DNA of 64,000 bases from an uncultured Candidatus Saccharibacteria bacterium (GTDB lineage: Bacteria > Patescibacteriota > Doudnabacteria > UBA920): assembly GCA_964631145.1 (NCBI GenBank), contig CAZVXT010000002.1, forward strand, positions 1,140 through 65,139, read 5' to 3'. The translations under genes were made by a program, and so were the position numbers. Of the stretch, positions 43,216 through 52,277 are shown in pieces. The number at the start of each line of letters is the position of its first letter. Position 1 is the first letter of the stretch. The notes below the pieces were generated by a model. It was given only the letters and a program-made list of their open reading frames with translations. It had not been told where the DNA came from and made no database searches.

Positions 43216-45024
43216 ATGGCTGATTTTGAACCACAAGAAGTAAAGGGTCCTAGCAAAAATCCTACACAAGAAAATATAATAACACCAGCTGAGCCTTCAG
43301 AGTTTTCTTTGCCTGTTAGTAGAGCTTCTAGAATTAAGCAGTTTTACTCTGATAATAAATGGTATGTTTGGGCAATTATCGCTGGGCTATTAATTATCGC
43401 TGGTTTGGCGGTATATGCTTTTTATCCACGTAAAGTAGAGCGCACCCAGGAAGCAAAAGTACAGATTGATATAAGTAGTCCAGAAACAGTAGCTACTGGA
43501 GGAGAAGTGGTTTATAAAATTCGAGTTCAAAACAATGACAGTGCTAAGTTGACCGATATGCATTTGGAATTAGTTTATGATACTGGCATGTCGTATGTTA
43601 CAAGTAGTCCTAAGTCAGAAAATTTATCAGGCACGCAGTTTAATGTACCAGATTTATCAAGTGGACAAAACGCAGTAGTGATTGTAAAAACTTTGGCTCA
43701 AGGCAATGTAAATGATCAAAAACGTTTAGTGGTGAGGTTAAATTATAGATTTGAAAATTTCAACTCTCCTTTTGTTACAGAGCAATCTTCAACTGTTCGA
43801 TTAATTGCTGCTGATGTTAATCTGGATATCAATGGACCTGATAAGGTGAATAATGGAGATACGGTAAAATACGACATCTTCTACCGAAATAATTCTAAAA
43901 AAGATATTGATAATGCAAGAATTCAACTAACATATCCAGAAGGTTTTAGTTTTGATTCTAGTACACCGCAACCATCATTGGGTAATAATATTTGGAATGT
44001 GGGCTCTATAAAATCTCAAACAAGTGGAAAGATCTCACTTCAAGGTGTATTTAAGGGTGCAAAGGCTGGTCAAAAGTCCGATTTCAAAGCAGAATTTTTG
44101 GTTATTGATGACAGTGGAAATTTTTACACTCAATCCAGCGTTACTAATGAAATTGAAATTCAGGATCAACCATTAGTTGTAGAACAAAAATTTATTGACA
44201 ATAATGGGGGTATTGTAAAACCCGGTGATAGTGTCACTGTCGAAATTAGCTTCCGAAATAATACTTCAATAGCTAATACAGGCGTTCAGCTAGTTGCTCA
44301 AATTGACTCTAATAGTGTTGTTGCTTCATCTATTCAGGCAGAATCAGCTTATGTTCAAGATAAAACTATTACTTGGAATGGGTCTTCATTAGGAATCTTA
44401 GAAAGCCTTAACTCGGCAGATGAAGGCAAGGTGCGATATACGTTTACAGTTGCAAACCCTGCAAGTAAACTTGATACTAATATTACAATTAGTAATAAGA
44501 TTAAAATTAAATCTAATCAAAATACTACATTTATAAACGGCTCTCCAATTTCGGTTAAAGTTTCTAGTCCGTCGACAATGTCCGGTAAGGCAGAATATTC
44601 TTCTGGTCAAAACCCTCCTCAGGTAGGAAAATCTTCTAGTTATAAAGTTGCTTTATCTTTAACAAATTCTAGCAATGATTATCGAGAGGGTGTTGTGATC
44701 GCATATGTTCCTGTTGGTGTGACATTAGATGCTGCTACAATTTCTAATCAAGAAAAGAATTTGGTTAAATATGATTCTTCTACAGGAAAACTGGTTTGGT
44801 CCTTAGGCAAACTTTCTGCTTATAGCGGGGTAGGACAATCTCCAAGAACGTTAACTTTTAATGTTAAATTTACACCCGGAAGCAATCAGGTAGGAAAAGA
44901 AGTTGTATTATTAAAGACAATAACATTTACAGCTAAAGATGATTTTACCGATCAAAATATTAACCTTGATACGCAAGATTTAAGCTCTGATACTGGCAAT
45001 GGAAATGGACGAGTGATCCAATAA
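43216..45024 (+). CDS. Cell-surface protein with an N-terminal TM and repeated beta-rich (DUF11/CARDB-like) domains.
   Basis: It has a TM 'WAIIAGLLIIAGLAVYAF' and recurring ~100-aa segments, each with a 'G..V.Y.I...N' pattern. A terminator follows at 45029-45060. Confidence 0.5.
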   Translation: MADFEPQEVKGPSKNPTQENIITPAEPSEFSLPVSRASRIKQFYSDNKWYVWAIIAGLLIIAGLAVYAFYPRKVERTQEAKVQIDISSPETVATGGEVVYKIRVQNNDSAKLTDMHLELVYDTGMSYVTSSPKSENLSGTQFNVPDLSSGQNAVVIVKTLAQGNVNDQKRLVVRLNYRFENFNSPFVTEQSSTVRLIAADVNLDINGPDKVNNGDTVKYDIFYRNNSKKDIDNARIQLTYPEGFSFDSSTPQPSLGNNIWNVGSIKSQTSGKISLQGVFKGAKAGQKSDFKAEFLVIDDSGNFYTQSSVTNEIEIQDQPLVVEQKFIDNNGGIVKPGDSVTVEISFRNNTSIANTGVQLVAQIDSNSVVASSIQAESAYVQDKTITWNGSSLGILESLNSADEGKVRYTFTVANPASKLDTNITISNKIKIKSNQNTTFINGSPISVKVSSPSTMSGKAEYSSGQNPPQVGKSSSYKVALSLTNSSNDYREGVVIAYVPVGVTLDAATISNQEKNLVKYDSSTGKLVWSLGKLSAYSGVGQSPRTLTFNVKFTPGSNQVGKEVVLLKTITFTAKDDFTDQNINLDTQDLSSDTGNGNGRVIQ

Positions 45025-45128
45025 CATAAAAACACCTCTTAAACTAAGAGGTGTTTTTTTGATTGACTATTTATTGTATTTGTATTAAAATAATAAGCTT
45101 TAAGCATAAAATTTTAGGAGGAAAAATT

Positions 45129-45779
45129 ATGTGGTATTTTTTAGCTTTCATGTCAGGGGTTGTCTTTACTTCGGCAATATTTTTTGCTATTAAATCAAAA
45201 AGAAAAAATGAGATTATTAAAGCGATAGAGAAATTAGATCAGCCGGATCCAAATGATTTCGTTAACCCAGATTTTAATATGGAAGAACCTCTGCTGTTGG
45301 TGTGGAATTTATTTAATCGTGAATATAAAATGAAAAGATTTTTTTCTTATAAAATATTTGATGATAACAGAATCAATTGGGATATGTTGGCTACTTTAGA
45401 GACTAGGGAAATTGCTCGATGCGAAAATTTTGACTTAGCAGTTGTAAAGAATCATATGGATCGTGCAGTGTGTGCTATGGCTAGATCGGGTTTTAGTTTG
45501 CACGAATATCAATCAATTTACAATGAAGCCTTATATTATTATATTCGCCAACAGATTAAATATTTTGAAAAATTTGATTTATCCGAAGATAATAGCAATA
45601 AAAAATCTACCAAGATTGATAACGCTACTATGAGGCAAATTATTGGAAATATTAATTTGATGACTGGTGATGATAATTACGGTCTTGATCAGATATACAA
45701 ACATTTTTCTGTAGAAAACTATAAAGAAACGCTCCGTGATATTATTGGCATGCTCAAAAAAGCTCAACCACAAATATGA
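45129..45779 (+). CDS. Hypothetical protein with an N-terminal TM.
   Basis: The start was set at ATG 45129, where AGGAGG lies 8 nt upstream; the track ORF starts at 45063. The N-terminus is 'MWYFLAFMSGVVFTSAIFFAI'. Confidence 0.5.
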   Translation: MWYFLAFMSGVVFTSAIFFAIKSKRKNEIIKAIEKLDQPDPNDFVNPDFNMEEPLLLVWNLFNREYKMKRFFSYKIFDDNRINWDMLATLETREIARCENFDLAVVKNHMDRAVCAMARSGFSLHEYQSIYNEALYYYIRQQIKYFEKFDLSEDNSNKKSTKIDNATMRQIIGNINLMTGDDNYGLDQIYKHFSVENYKETLRDIIGMLKKAQPQI

Positions 45780-45871
45780 TTTATTAATCCAGGCAGTTAT
45801 AAGCTTGGATTTTTATTTTGTATAAATAGCTAATAAAAAACTACTAGATGCAATCTAGTAGTTTTAATTTT

Positions 45872-47095
45872 TTATGGATGGATAATTCCTTTAATTCTGG
45901 AATCGTCTATATCTAGTACGCGGTGAGTAGTAATAAACAATCCTTCATAATTCCATTCGCTAATATAAACTTGGTCGCCAACAACTTTTTCTATATAAGC
46001 AACGTGTCCATATCTGCGATTTTCATTTGTTACTAAGATGGCTCCAGCGGCAGGGTTCTTATCTACAGTGGCACCGTATGCCTTAGAGTTTGCAATCCAT
46101 TGGTTAGCGTTTCCGCCCCATTTAATACCTGCAACTTTTCTTGCAACATAATCTGTACAATATCCAGCAGCAAATTTATGGTTTCCGCTAACGCTTTGTG
46201 CTTTAGGAATGGCTGGTTTAAATTTAGCCGGAGTTTGTTGTTGATTATCAGTTGGCTTTTGTGGCTTAGGTTTTTCTTGAGGAAGGCTGCCACCAGGAAT
46301 TATTAAGTATTCGCCCAAATCAACGTTATCTTCTTCATCTTCTAAACCGTTATACGAAACTATTTTTTTGATATCAGCGTTATAAGTTTTTGCGATATCA
46401 GTTAAAGTTAAGTTTGGGTTACTGTATTGAACAACGATACCATCAATAGGGGGTATTATTAACTGCCATCCAGGCTTTAATGCATTATTCGGTAAGCTGT
46501 TAGTTTCTCTAATTGTTTTTGGAGTAACTTTAAACTTTTCTGCAACAGTGTAAACAGTATCAAAAGGTTGTGTCTCATAAACTTGAACTTGTCTACTAAC
46601 TAACTTTTGTATACTGTCTGGATTTGATTTACTTATCCCACTATCGTCAATAGTTGCTTCTGCGATCAAGTTGTTTTGTTCTGTAGAAGATAAGACTTGG
46701 TTAAAGTCACTTGCTTCTGCTTGAGAGAAGATTCCTTCAGAGCTGATAGTGGTTCTGATAGAATTTTGTTTATCAGCTAACTGAGGGTTTAAGCTTTGGT
46801 GTCCTTGCAAAAAATTATTTGCTAAACTTTTATCCAAATAATCTATTTTAGATTTTATTGGGTTAAATGCTATTAAGTTTGAAATTGCTACTACGGCAAC
46901 AATTGCAATAACTAATAATTCGCTAGAAAAGTTTAAACCAAAATCTAAAATATCGAATTTATGTTTTACCTGAACTGATGGGTAATGATTAGTGTAAGCT
47001 TTGCCTAAAAATGGTTGCTTACGTTTTATCAAATGCCAAATCTTTTTAAAATAATATTGGATCATAAACCAATATAATTTTATTTGTTTGTACAA
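45872..47095 (-). CDS. Peptidoglycan hydrolase with an N-terminal TM, two LysM domains and a C-terminal CHAP domain.
   Basis: The LysM-like segments are 'YTVAEKFKVTPKTIRETNSLPNNALKPGWQLIIP' and 'LTDIAKTYNADIKKIVSYNGL...GEYLIIPG'. The CHAP segment 'GYCTDYVARKV...YGHVAYIEKV' carries the catalytic Cys/His. Confidence 0.75.
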   Translation of the reverse strand: MYKQIKLYWFMIQYYFKKIWHLIKRKQPFLGKAYTNHYPSVQVKHKFDILDFGLNFSSELLVIAIVAVVAISNLIAFNPIKSKIDYLDKSLANNFLQGHQSLNPQLADKQNSIRTTISSEGIFSQAEASDFNQVLSSTEQNNLIAEATIDDSGISKSNPDSIQKLVSRQVQVYETQPFDTVYTVAEKFKVTPKTIRETNSLPNNALKPGWQLIIPPIDGIVVQYSNPNLTLTDIAKTYNADIKKIVSYNGLEDEEDNVDLGEYLIIPGGSLPQEKPKPQKPTDNQQQTPAKFKPAIPKAQSVSGNHKFAAGYCTDYVARKVAGIKWGGNANQWIANSKAYGATVDKNPAAGAILVTNENRRYGHVAYIEKVVGDQVYISEWNYEGLFITTHRVLDIDDSRIKGIIHP

Positions 47096-47442
47096 ACGAG
47101 ATAATATTTTTTTATAGTGCGTTATATTTTGACCTTTTCATTGAGAGGTAGTTAAGATAGATAATCTATATTAACAGATTAATAATTCCCAATGATTATC
47201 GATAATAAAATCTACAGAAACTCTAACCCTCTTATCTGTAACTTTATTAAAGATTTTAAGTAAAATAATCAATGACTTATCAAGTGTATCAAGCATTTAG
47301 AACCCAAACAAGGGTTTTTGTGGATACGTTTTAATTAGACCCATATTTGAGGCATCTTTTATTTAAATCCGCTTAAATAAAGCAAAAAATAGCTTATTTT
47401 AACCTATGATTTACTCTATATATTAATGTTATAATTTACTTA

Positions 47443-49557
47443 ATGAACTTAGATATTTTAAATCAACCACAACGACAAGCCGTTACTGCAGATCTTGGTC
47501 CGGTTTTGGTGTTGGCAGGAGCTGGCAGCGGCAAAACCAGAGTTTTGACATACCGAATTGCTTATTTAATAGAGCAGGGTATGATGCCTGCAGATAAAAT
47601 TTTGGCTGTAACTTTTACAAATAAGGCAGCCAAAGAAATGCAAACAAGGATTAATAAATTGCTTACTTCAAATAAAGTTATTAAATCTGCCGGTCAACCA
47701 TCTCTTGGTACATTTCACTCTATTGGCGCTCGTATACTTCGCCACGACATTGCAAATCTTGGTTATACTCCCAATTTTGTTATTTTTGATTCTGATGATA
47801 CCAAAAAAATATTAGTAGATATTTTAAAAGAGTTAGATGTTCCAAAGCAATATGGACCAGGATTATTTAAAGCGTATATTTCTGGTGCAAAAAATTTGTT
47901 ACAATCTCCATCTCAAATGGATTTGGGGCTTGAAGGTAATTTCCATAACATGGTACAAGAGGTTTATATCCGTTACCAAAATTTTTTGGTCAGACAAAAT
48001 GCATTAGACTTTGATGACTTGTTAATGCTACCTATTAAATTATTTGAAAATTTTCCAGAGGTTTTACGCAAGTATCAAACTAAATGGCAGTATATATTGG
48101 TAGACGAGTATCAAGATACAAACCAGGCTCAATATATGTTTTTGCATTTGTTAGCAAAAAATAAAAATCTTTTTGTGGTTGGTGATGATGCTCAGAGTAT
48201 TTATGGTTTCCGGGGAAGTAATATTGCTAACATTTTAAATTTTGAAAAAGATTTTGGCGGAAGCTTAGTAATTAAATTAGAACAAAACTATCGTTCTACA
48301 AAAAATATTTTAGCTGCAGCTCAAAAAGTTATAGAACTTAATAGCGAACAGAAACCTAAAAGCTTATGGACAGATAATAATAGTGGTGAGAGGGTAATTA
48401 TTAAAGAGGCTTATGATGGTCGTGATGAAGCTAGATATGTAGCAAAGAAAATTATTAAACTATCAAGCCCCGATCTTGATAATGAATTAGAGTATGAAGT
48501 GGAGCAAGAATCTACAAGCTCTTATTCCATTCTCGATCATTTTCTAAAAAAGAATAATCAATCATATGGCTCCGGCAGCTTTTTACAGTTACCAAGTAAT
48601 CATTCAAGTTTAAAAGAATTTGCTGTCTTGTATCGAACTCATGCTCAAAGTCGCCAGTTAGAAGAAGTTTTTATTAGTGCAGGAATACCTTATCAGATTA
48701 TCGGGGGCGTAAAATTTTATGAGCGACGTGAAATTAAAGATGTGATTTCATTTTTGCGCCTTATATCTAATCCTCAAGATTTGTTATCTATTAAAAGAGT
48801 AATAAATCTGCCTCCGCGAGGACTGGGTCCAAAAGCGGTAGACCAAATTTCTAATTTTATCTTGTCATTGCCTAATGGATTGTCTCATGGTGAACTAGCG
48901 ACATATTTACCAGGGTTGGGTTTACCTGCAAAACAGAAAACTTCTGTAAATGATTTTTTTGCCACCTTACATAAATGTACTATTATCCCAGCAGAAGCAA
49001 CATTATCAGAGTTGTTAAAAGTGATATTAAAACAGTTTAATATAGAGTCAATATATACCGATGGTACTGATGATGGAGAGAATCGCAAAGAAAACATTAA
49101 AGAACTAGTAACCGTTACGGCAAAATTTGATAACCAAAATTGGCAAGAGTCTTTGCCTGTATTTTTGGAAGAAGTTGCTTTAATAACAGATTTAGATACA
49201 ATGGGTGAAAAAGGTGATAGTGTAACCATGATGACTTTGCATGCGGCTAAAGGTTTGGAATTTGATACAGTATTTTTTGTTGGATTGGAGGAAGGTATAC
49301 TCCCTCACAGTCAAAGTTTATTAAGCGCTAGTGATTTGGCAGAAGAAGTTAGATTGGCATACGTTGGTTTAACTAGAGCAAGGCAAAGACTATTTTTATT
49401 ATATGCTCAGAGTAGGCAAATTTATGGAAGCACTCAGGCGAGCACTCCTTCAAGAATTTTGCAAGCTCTGCCTAGTGATGCAGTTAAATATGATGGACCT
49501 GTAAATAATTTATTATCTTCCTCAGAAGATGGAGAATTAAGCTACGAACCGTTTTAA
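47443..49557 (+). CDS. pcrA: ATP-dependent DNA helicase UvrD/PcrA.
   Basis: 'LNQPQRQAV', the Walker A 'GAGSGKTRVLTYRIAYL', and 'TFTNKAAKEM' are present, along with the UvrD-family motifs through VI. Confidence 0.9.
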   Translation: MNLDILNQPQRQAVTADLGPVLVLAGAGSGKTRVLTYRIAYLIEQGMMPADKILAVTFTNKAAKEMQTRINKLLTSNKVIKSAGQPSLGTFHSIGARILRHDIANLGYTPNFVIFDSDDTKKILVDILKELDVPKQYGPGLFKAYISGAKNLLQSPSQMDLGLEGNFHNMVQEVYIRYQNFLVRQNALDFDDLLMLPIKLFENFPEVLRKYQTKWQYILVDEYQDTNQAQYMFLHLLAKNKNLFVVGDDAQSIYGFRGSNIANILNFEKDFGGSLVIKLEQNYRSTKNILAAAQKVIELNSEQKPKSLWTDNNSGERVIIKEAYDGRDEARYVAKKIIKLSSPDLDNELEYEVEQESTSSYSILDHFLKKNNQSYGSGSFLQLPSNHSSLKEFAVLYRTHAQSRQLEEVFISAGIPYQIIGGVKFYERREIKDVISFLRLISNPQDLLSIKRVINLPPRGLGPKAVDQISNFILSLPNGLSHGELATYLPGLGLPAKQKTSVNDFFATLHKCTIIPAEATLSELLKVILKQFNIESIYTDGTDDGENRKENIKELVTVTAKFDNQNWQESLPVFLEEVALITDLDTMGEKGDSVTMMTLHAAKGLEFDTVFFVGLEEGILPHSQSLLSASDLAEEVRLAYVGLTRARQRLFLLYAQSRQIYGSTQASTPSRILQALPSDAVKYDGPVNNLLSSSEDGELSYEPF

Positions 49558-49558
49558 T

Positions 49559-50383
49559 ATGAATATAGAAACCTTAAAACAAAAACTTGCAGATTTTGGA
49601 CTTAGCCCAAATAAAACATATGGGCAGAATTTTTTAATGGATGAAATTGTCTTACAGGATATGGTTGATGAAGCTGAAGTTAATAAGGATGATATAGTTA
49701 TTGAAGTTGGTCCTGGTATTGGCAACTTAACTTCATTTTTAATTGCTAAGGCAAAGCAAGTTATTGCTATAGAAAAAGACGATCAATTTGTATCTGTTTT
49801 AAATCATTTAAAAAATAAAAATAAAAATTTCAATTATCAGTTATCCGATATCTTGCATACAGATATTGCAAATTTAGTAGGGGAGTCAAAATATAAAGTT
49901 GTAGCAAATATTCCATACTATATTACAGGTAAGATAATTCAAAAATTTTTATCTTTAAACAATAAACCTCAAAGTCTAACTTTGTTAGTTCAAAAAGAAG
50001 TGGCACAAAATTTAAGTGCTCCAGTAGGCAAATTAAACTTGTTAGCTATATCGGTTCAATTATACGCTGATGTAAAAATGTTAACGGTTGTTCCTGCTAT
50101 GAAATTTTACCCAGCACCGAAAGTTGATAGTGCTGTTGTGCAAATTATTTTGCATGATCACTCTAAGTATGTAAATTATGATGAAAAGAAGTTGTTCAAG
50201 ATTTTGAAAGCTTGCTTCTTAGGAAAGCGAAAACAACTTCATAACACTTTAGTTAATAATTTAAAATTAGAAAAGACTGTGGTAGAGACTGTATTAGATG
50301 AATGCAATATATCAGCCAACTCTCGTCCTCAGCAATTATCGATTGATCAATGGATAAATTTATCAAACAAAATTAATTTATAA
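49559..50383 (+). CDS. rsmA: 16S rRNA (adenine1518/1519-N6)-dimethyltransferase.
   Basis: 'YGQNFLMDEIVLQDMV' and 'VIEVGPGIGNLT' are KsgA/RsmA hallmarks. The start is 2 nt after the pcrA stop. Confidence 0.9.
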   Translation: MNIETLKQKLADFGLSPNKTYGQNFLMDEIVLQDMVDEAEVNKDDIVIEVGPGIGNLTSFLIAKAKQVIAIEKDDQFVSVLNHLKNKNKNFNYQLSDILHTDIANLVGESKYKVVANIPYYITGKIIQKFLSLNNKPQSLTLLVQKEVAQNLSAPVGKLNLLAISVQLYADVKMLTVVPAMKFYPAPKVDSAVVQIILHDHSKYVNYDEKKLFKILKACFLGKRKQLHNTLVNNLKLEKTVVETVLDECNISANSRPQQLSIDQWINLSNKINL

Positions 50384-50401
50384 TTTTAGATAATCAAATT
50401 T

Positions 50402-50494
50402 AAAACAAGATTGAATTTTTTGCAACACTTCCAGAACTCTATTATTAAAATTATTTATAGAGTGAGGATGAGTTTAAAAATTCAATCTTGTTTT
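50402..50494. repeat. Perfect 19-bp inverted repeat separated by 55 nt, in a convergent intergenic region. Possibly a bidirectional terminator or long hairpin.
   Basis: aaaacaagattgaattttt (50402-50420) pairs with aaaaattcaatcttgtttt (50476-50494). Confidence 0.5.
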
Positions 50495-50614
50495 TTATAT
50501 TTTATAAATATAAGATGCAAAACTGCGTACCAGAGATTTTGTCTATAATTATTCTGGAGATGGTTTGGTTAGAACTGTAAAAATTGTTACTTAAATATTT
50601 CGTAATAAGTTGGT

Positions 50615-51109
50615 TTAATATATCAACTTAACTTTATCTCCAACTCTAACATTATTTTTTTGACTCCAATTTCCGTTTACTTCTAAAACATAATCTATCT
50701 CAGATGGGGGATAGAAAACAGGAAGTTGATTGAGTGGAGTTTTGATGTCTGGAGCTGCAACGTTTTGATTTATAGAAATAATTACATTATCCTTAATCCA
50801 AATTAAATCTAAATTAAAGTTCATTTCTTTCATCCAAAACCCAGGAGTATTATTTGCATCTTTTGTAAAATCAAAAAGCATTCCGGCGTCATCATTTAGT
50901 TTGGATCTATTTGATAACCCTTGCTGTTTTTGTTTATCTGTCACAGCTAACTCAACGTTTAATATTTTTGAATTTATATCTAACTGTTTGACATATTTTG
51001 AGCTTGAGATTTTGGTTTGTTCAGTGGCTTGTGATGCGTTTAAGTTTGCTTGATTACTGCATCCAGAAGCCAAGAAAATCAGGCAGAGTAGGGGAAGTAT
51101 TTTTTTCAT
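50615..51109 (-). CDS. DUF192-family lipoprotein.
   Basis: The lipobox is 'LLCLIFLASGCS'. The C-terminal 'GFWMKEMNFNLDLIWIKDNVIISI...YVLEVNGNW...VGDKV' matches DUF192/COG1430. The start was set at MKKILPL (ATG 51109); the track ORF starts at 51325. Confidence 0.55.
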   Translation of the reverse strand: MKKILPLLCLIFLASGCSNQANLNASQATEQTKISSSKYVKQLDINSKILNVELAVTDKQKQQGLSNRSKLNDDAGMLFDFTKDANNTPGFWMKEMNFNLDLIWIKDNVIISINQNVAAPDIKTPLNQLPVFYPPSEIDYVLEVNGNWSQKNNVRVGDKVKLIY

Positions 51110-51206
51110 AAATATAACTTGATTTTTTTGTTTAAATCTGCTATAATTATAATATAAAGTGATAGATTTCTGAAATAAAAACCAAAAAACAACTAAATAA
51201 ATTGCA

Positions 51207-51575
51207 ATGTACAGTAAGTTTGAAAAAAATAAACTTATTAAAATAGCTACTTTTGTAGTGCTTTTTTTGTTGTCAATACAAATAATATCTTTTCCAAAAT
51301 ATACATTGGCTGCTGTTTTGAGCAAGCCATTTGGGGGAGTAATTATATCGTATGTTCCTTCAACACCGCTATGTCCAGTTCCTCATACTTTGATCTATGA
51401 TTTTAAAACAAGGTTGTCATTTGGGATTGCTGTTTTGCCATCGTCTGTAGTTTATGCGTATGCAAATTTATTTAAGCCTGGTACATTTGTTTTGGGTAAA
51501 GCTGGTACAGTAAGCATTACATGCGCATTGCCATATTTAATTTATCCAATTATACAAGTAGGTACTTCTAAATAA
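51207..51575 (+). CDS. Small membrane/secreted protein, the first gene of the T4SS-like operon.
   Basis: 122 aa with an N-terminal TM 'IATFVVLFLLSIQIISF' and a second hydrophobic stretch 'FGIAVLPSSVVYAYA'. Confidence 0.4.
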   Translation: MYSKFEKNKLIKIATFVVLFLLSIQIISFPKYTLAAVLSKPFGGVIISYVPSTPLCPVPHTLIYDFKTRLSFGIAVLPSSVVYAYANLFKPGTFVLGKAGTVSITCALPYLIYPIIQVGTSK

Positions 51576-51580
51576 AAAAA

Positions 51581-52276
51581 ATGAAATTATTTATTGAAAA
51601 ATTAAATAATGCTGGTTTTAATAAAAACCATTTCCAATTAATTGGATTGGCAATGATTGTTTTTGTCATTCTAATTTTTGCTAAATCAGAAATTAGTTTG
51701 AAGTCTCTAGTTACTCAAGCCGATTCTAAACCGGAGATACTTACTTATGAAGATGCTTTAAAGCAAGTATCATCTAATAATAAAGTTAACTCAGATCAGT
51801 TTAATAAAGATTTGGAAAATCAATTTGCTCTTCTTGATAGAGGGCAAGCAGATGGAAAGGTGTTAGGAGAGGCGATTGGGATTGGTGCAATTCCAGATTC
51901 TTCTGAGTTAGCTGTGCCCGAAGCTTTTAATGAATATCCGGTTGTAACTTCAAATGATAATTCTTCAGTTGCAATTGCTAATTATCAAAATGCCATTACG
52001 AATATCGAAGCAAGATATGGCACAGTAGAGATGTTGGCGGATTTAAATTCGGATGATAAGCAAATGATAAATTCTAGTTTGGCAAAGTGGAAAAATTTAT
52101 TATTAGAAATTTCAAAAATAAATGTTCCATCTAGTTTGGCAGAAAGCCATAAAAATAAAATCGTATACTACTATGCAATTATGAAAACCGGAGAAGTGTA
52201 TGCAGGGCAACTAGATGAATCTAAATTATCGTATTACTTAAAAATAATGTTAAGCTACGCAAATAAGGTGCAGTAA
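51581..52276 (+). CDS. Bitopic membrane protein: a short cytoplasmic N-terminus, one TM, and a ~190-aa extracytoplasmic domain. Possibly a VirB8-like scaffold.
   Basis: The TM is 'LIGLAMIVFVILIFA'. The topology and size match VirB8/TcpC-like components, but the assignment rests on architecture only. Confidence 0.35.
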   Translation: MKLFIEKLNNAGFNKNHFQLIGLAMIVFVILIFAKSEISLKSLVTQADSKPEILTYEDALKQVSSNNKVNSDQFNKDLENQFALLDRGQADGKVLGEAIGIGAIPDSSELAVPEAFNEYPVVTSNDNSSVAIANYQNAITNIEARYGTVEMLADLNSDDKQMINSSLAKWKNLLLEISKINVPSSLAESHKNKIVYYYAIMKTGEVYAGQLDESKLSYYLKIMLSYANKVQ

Positions 52277-52277
52277 A

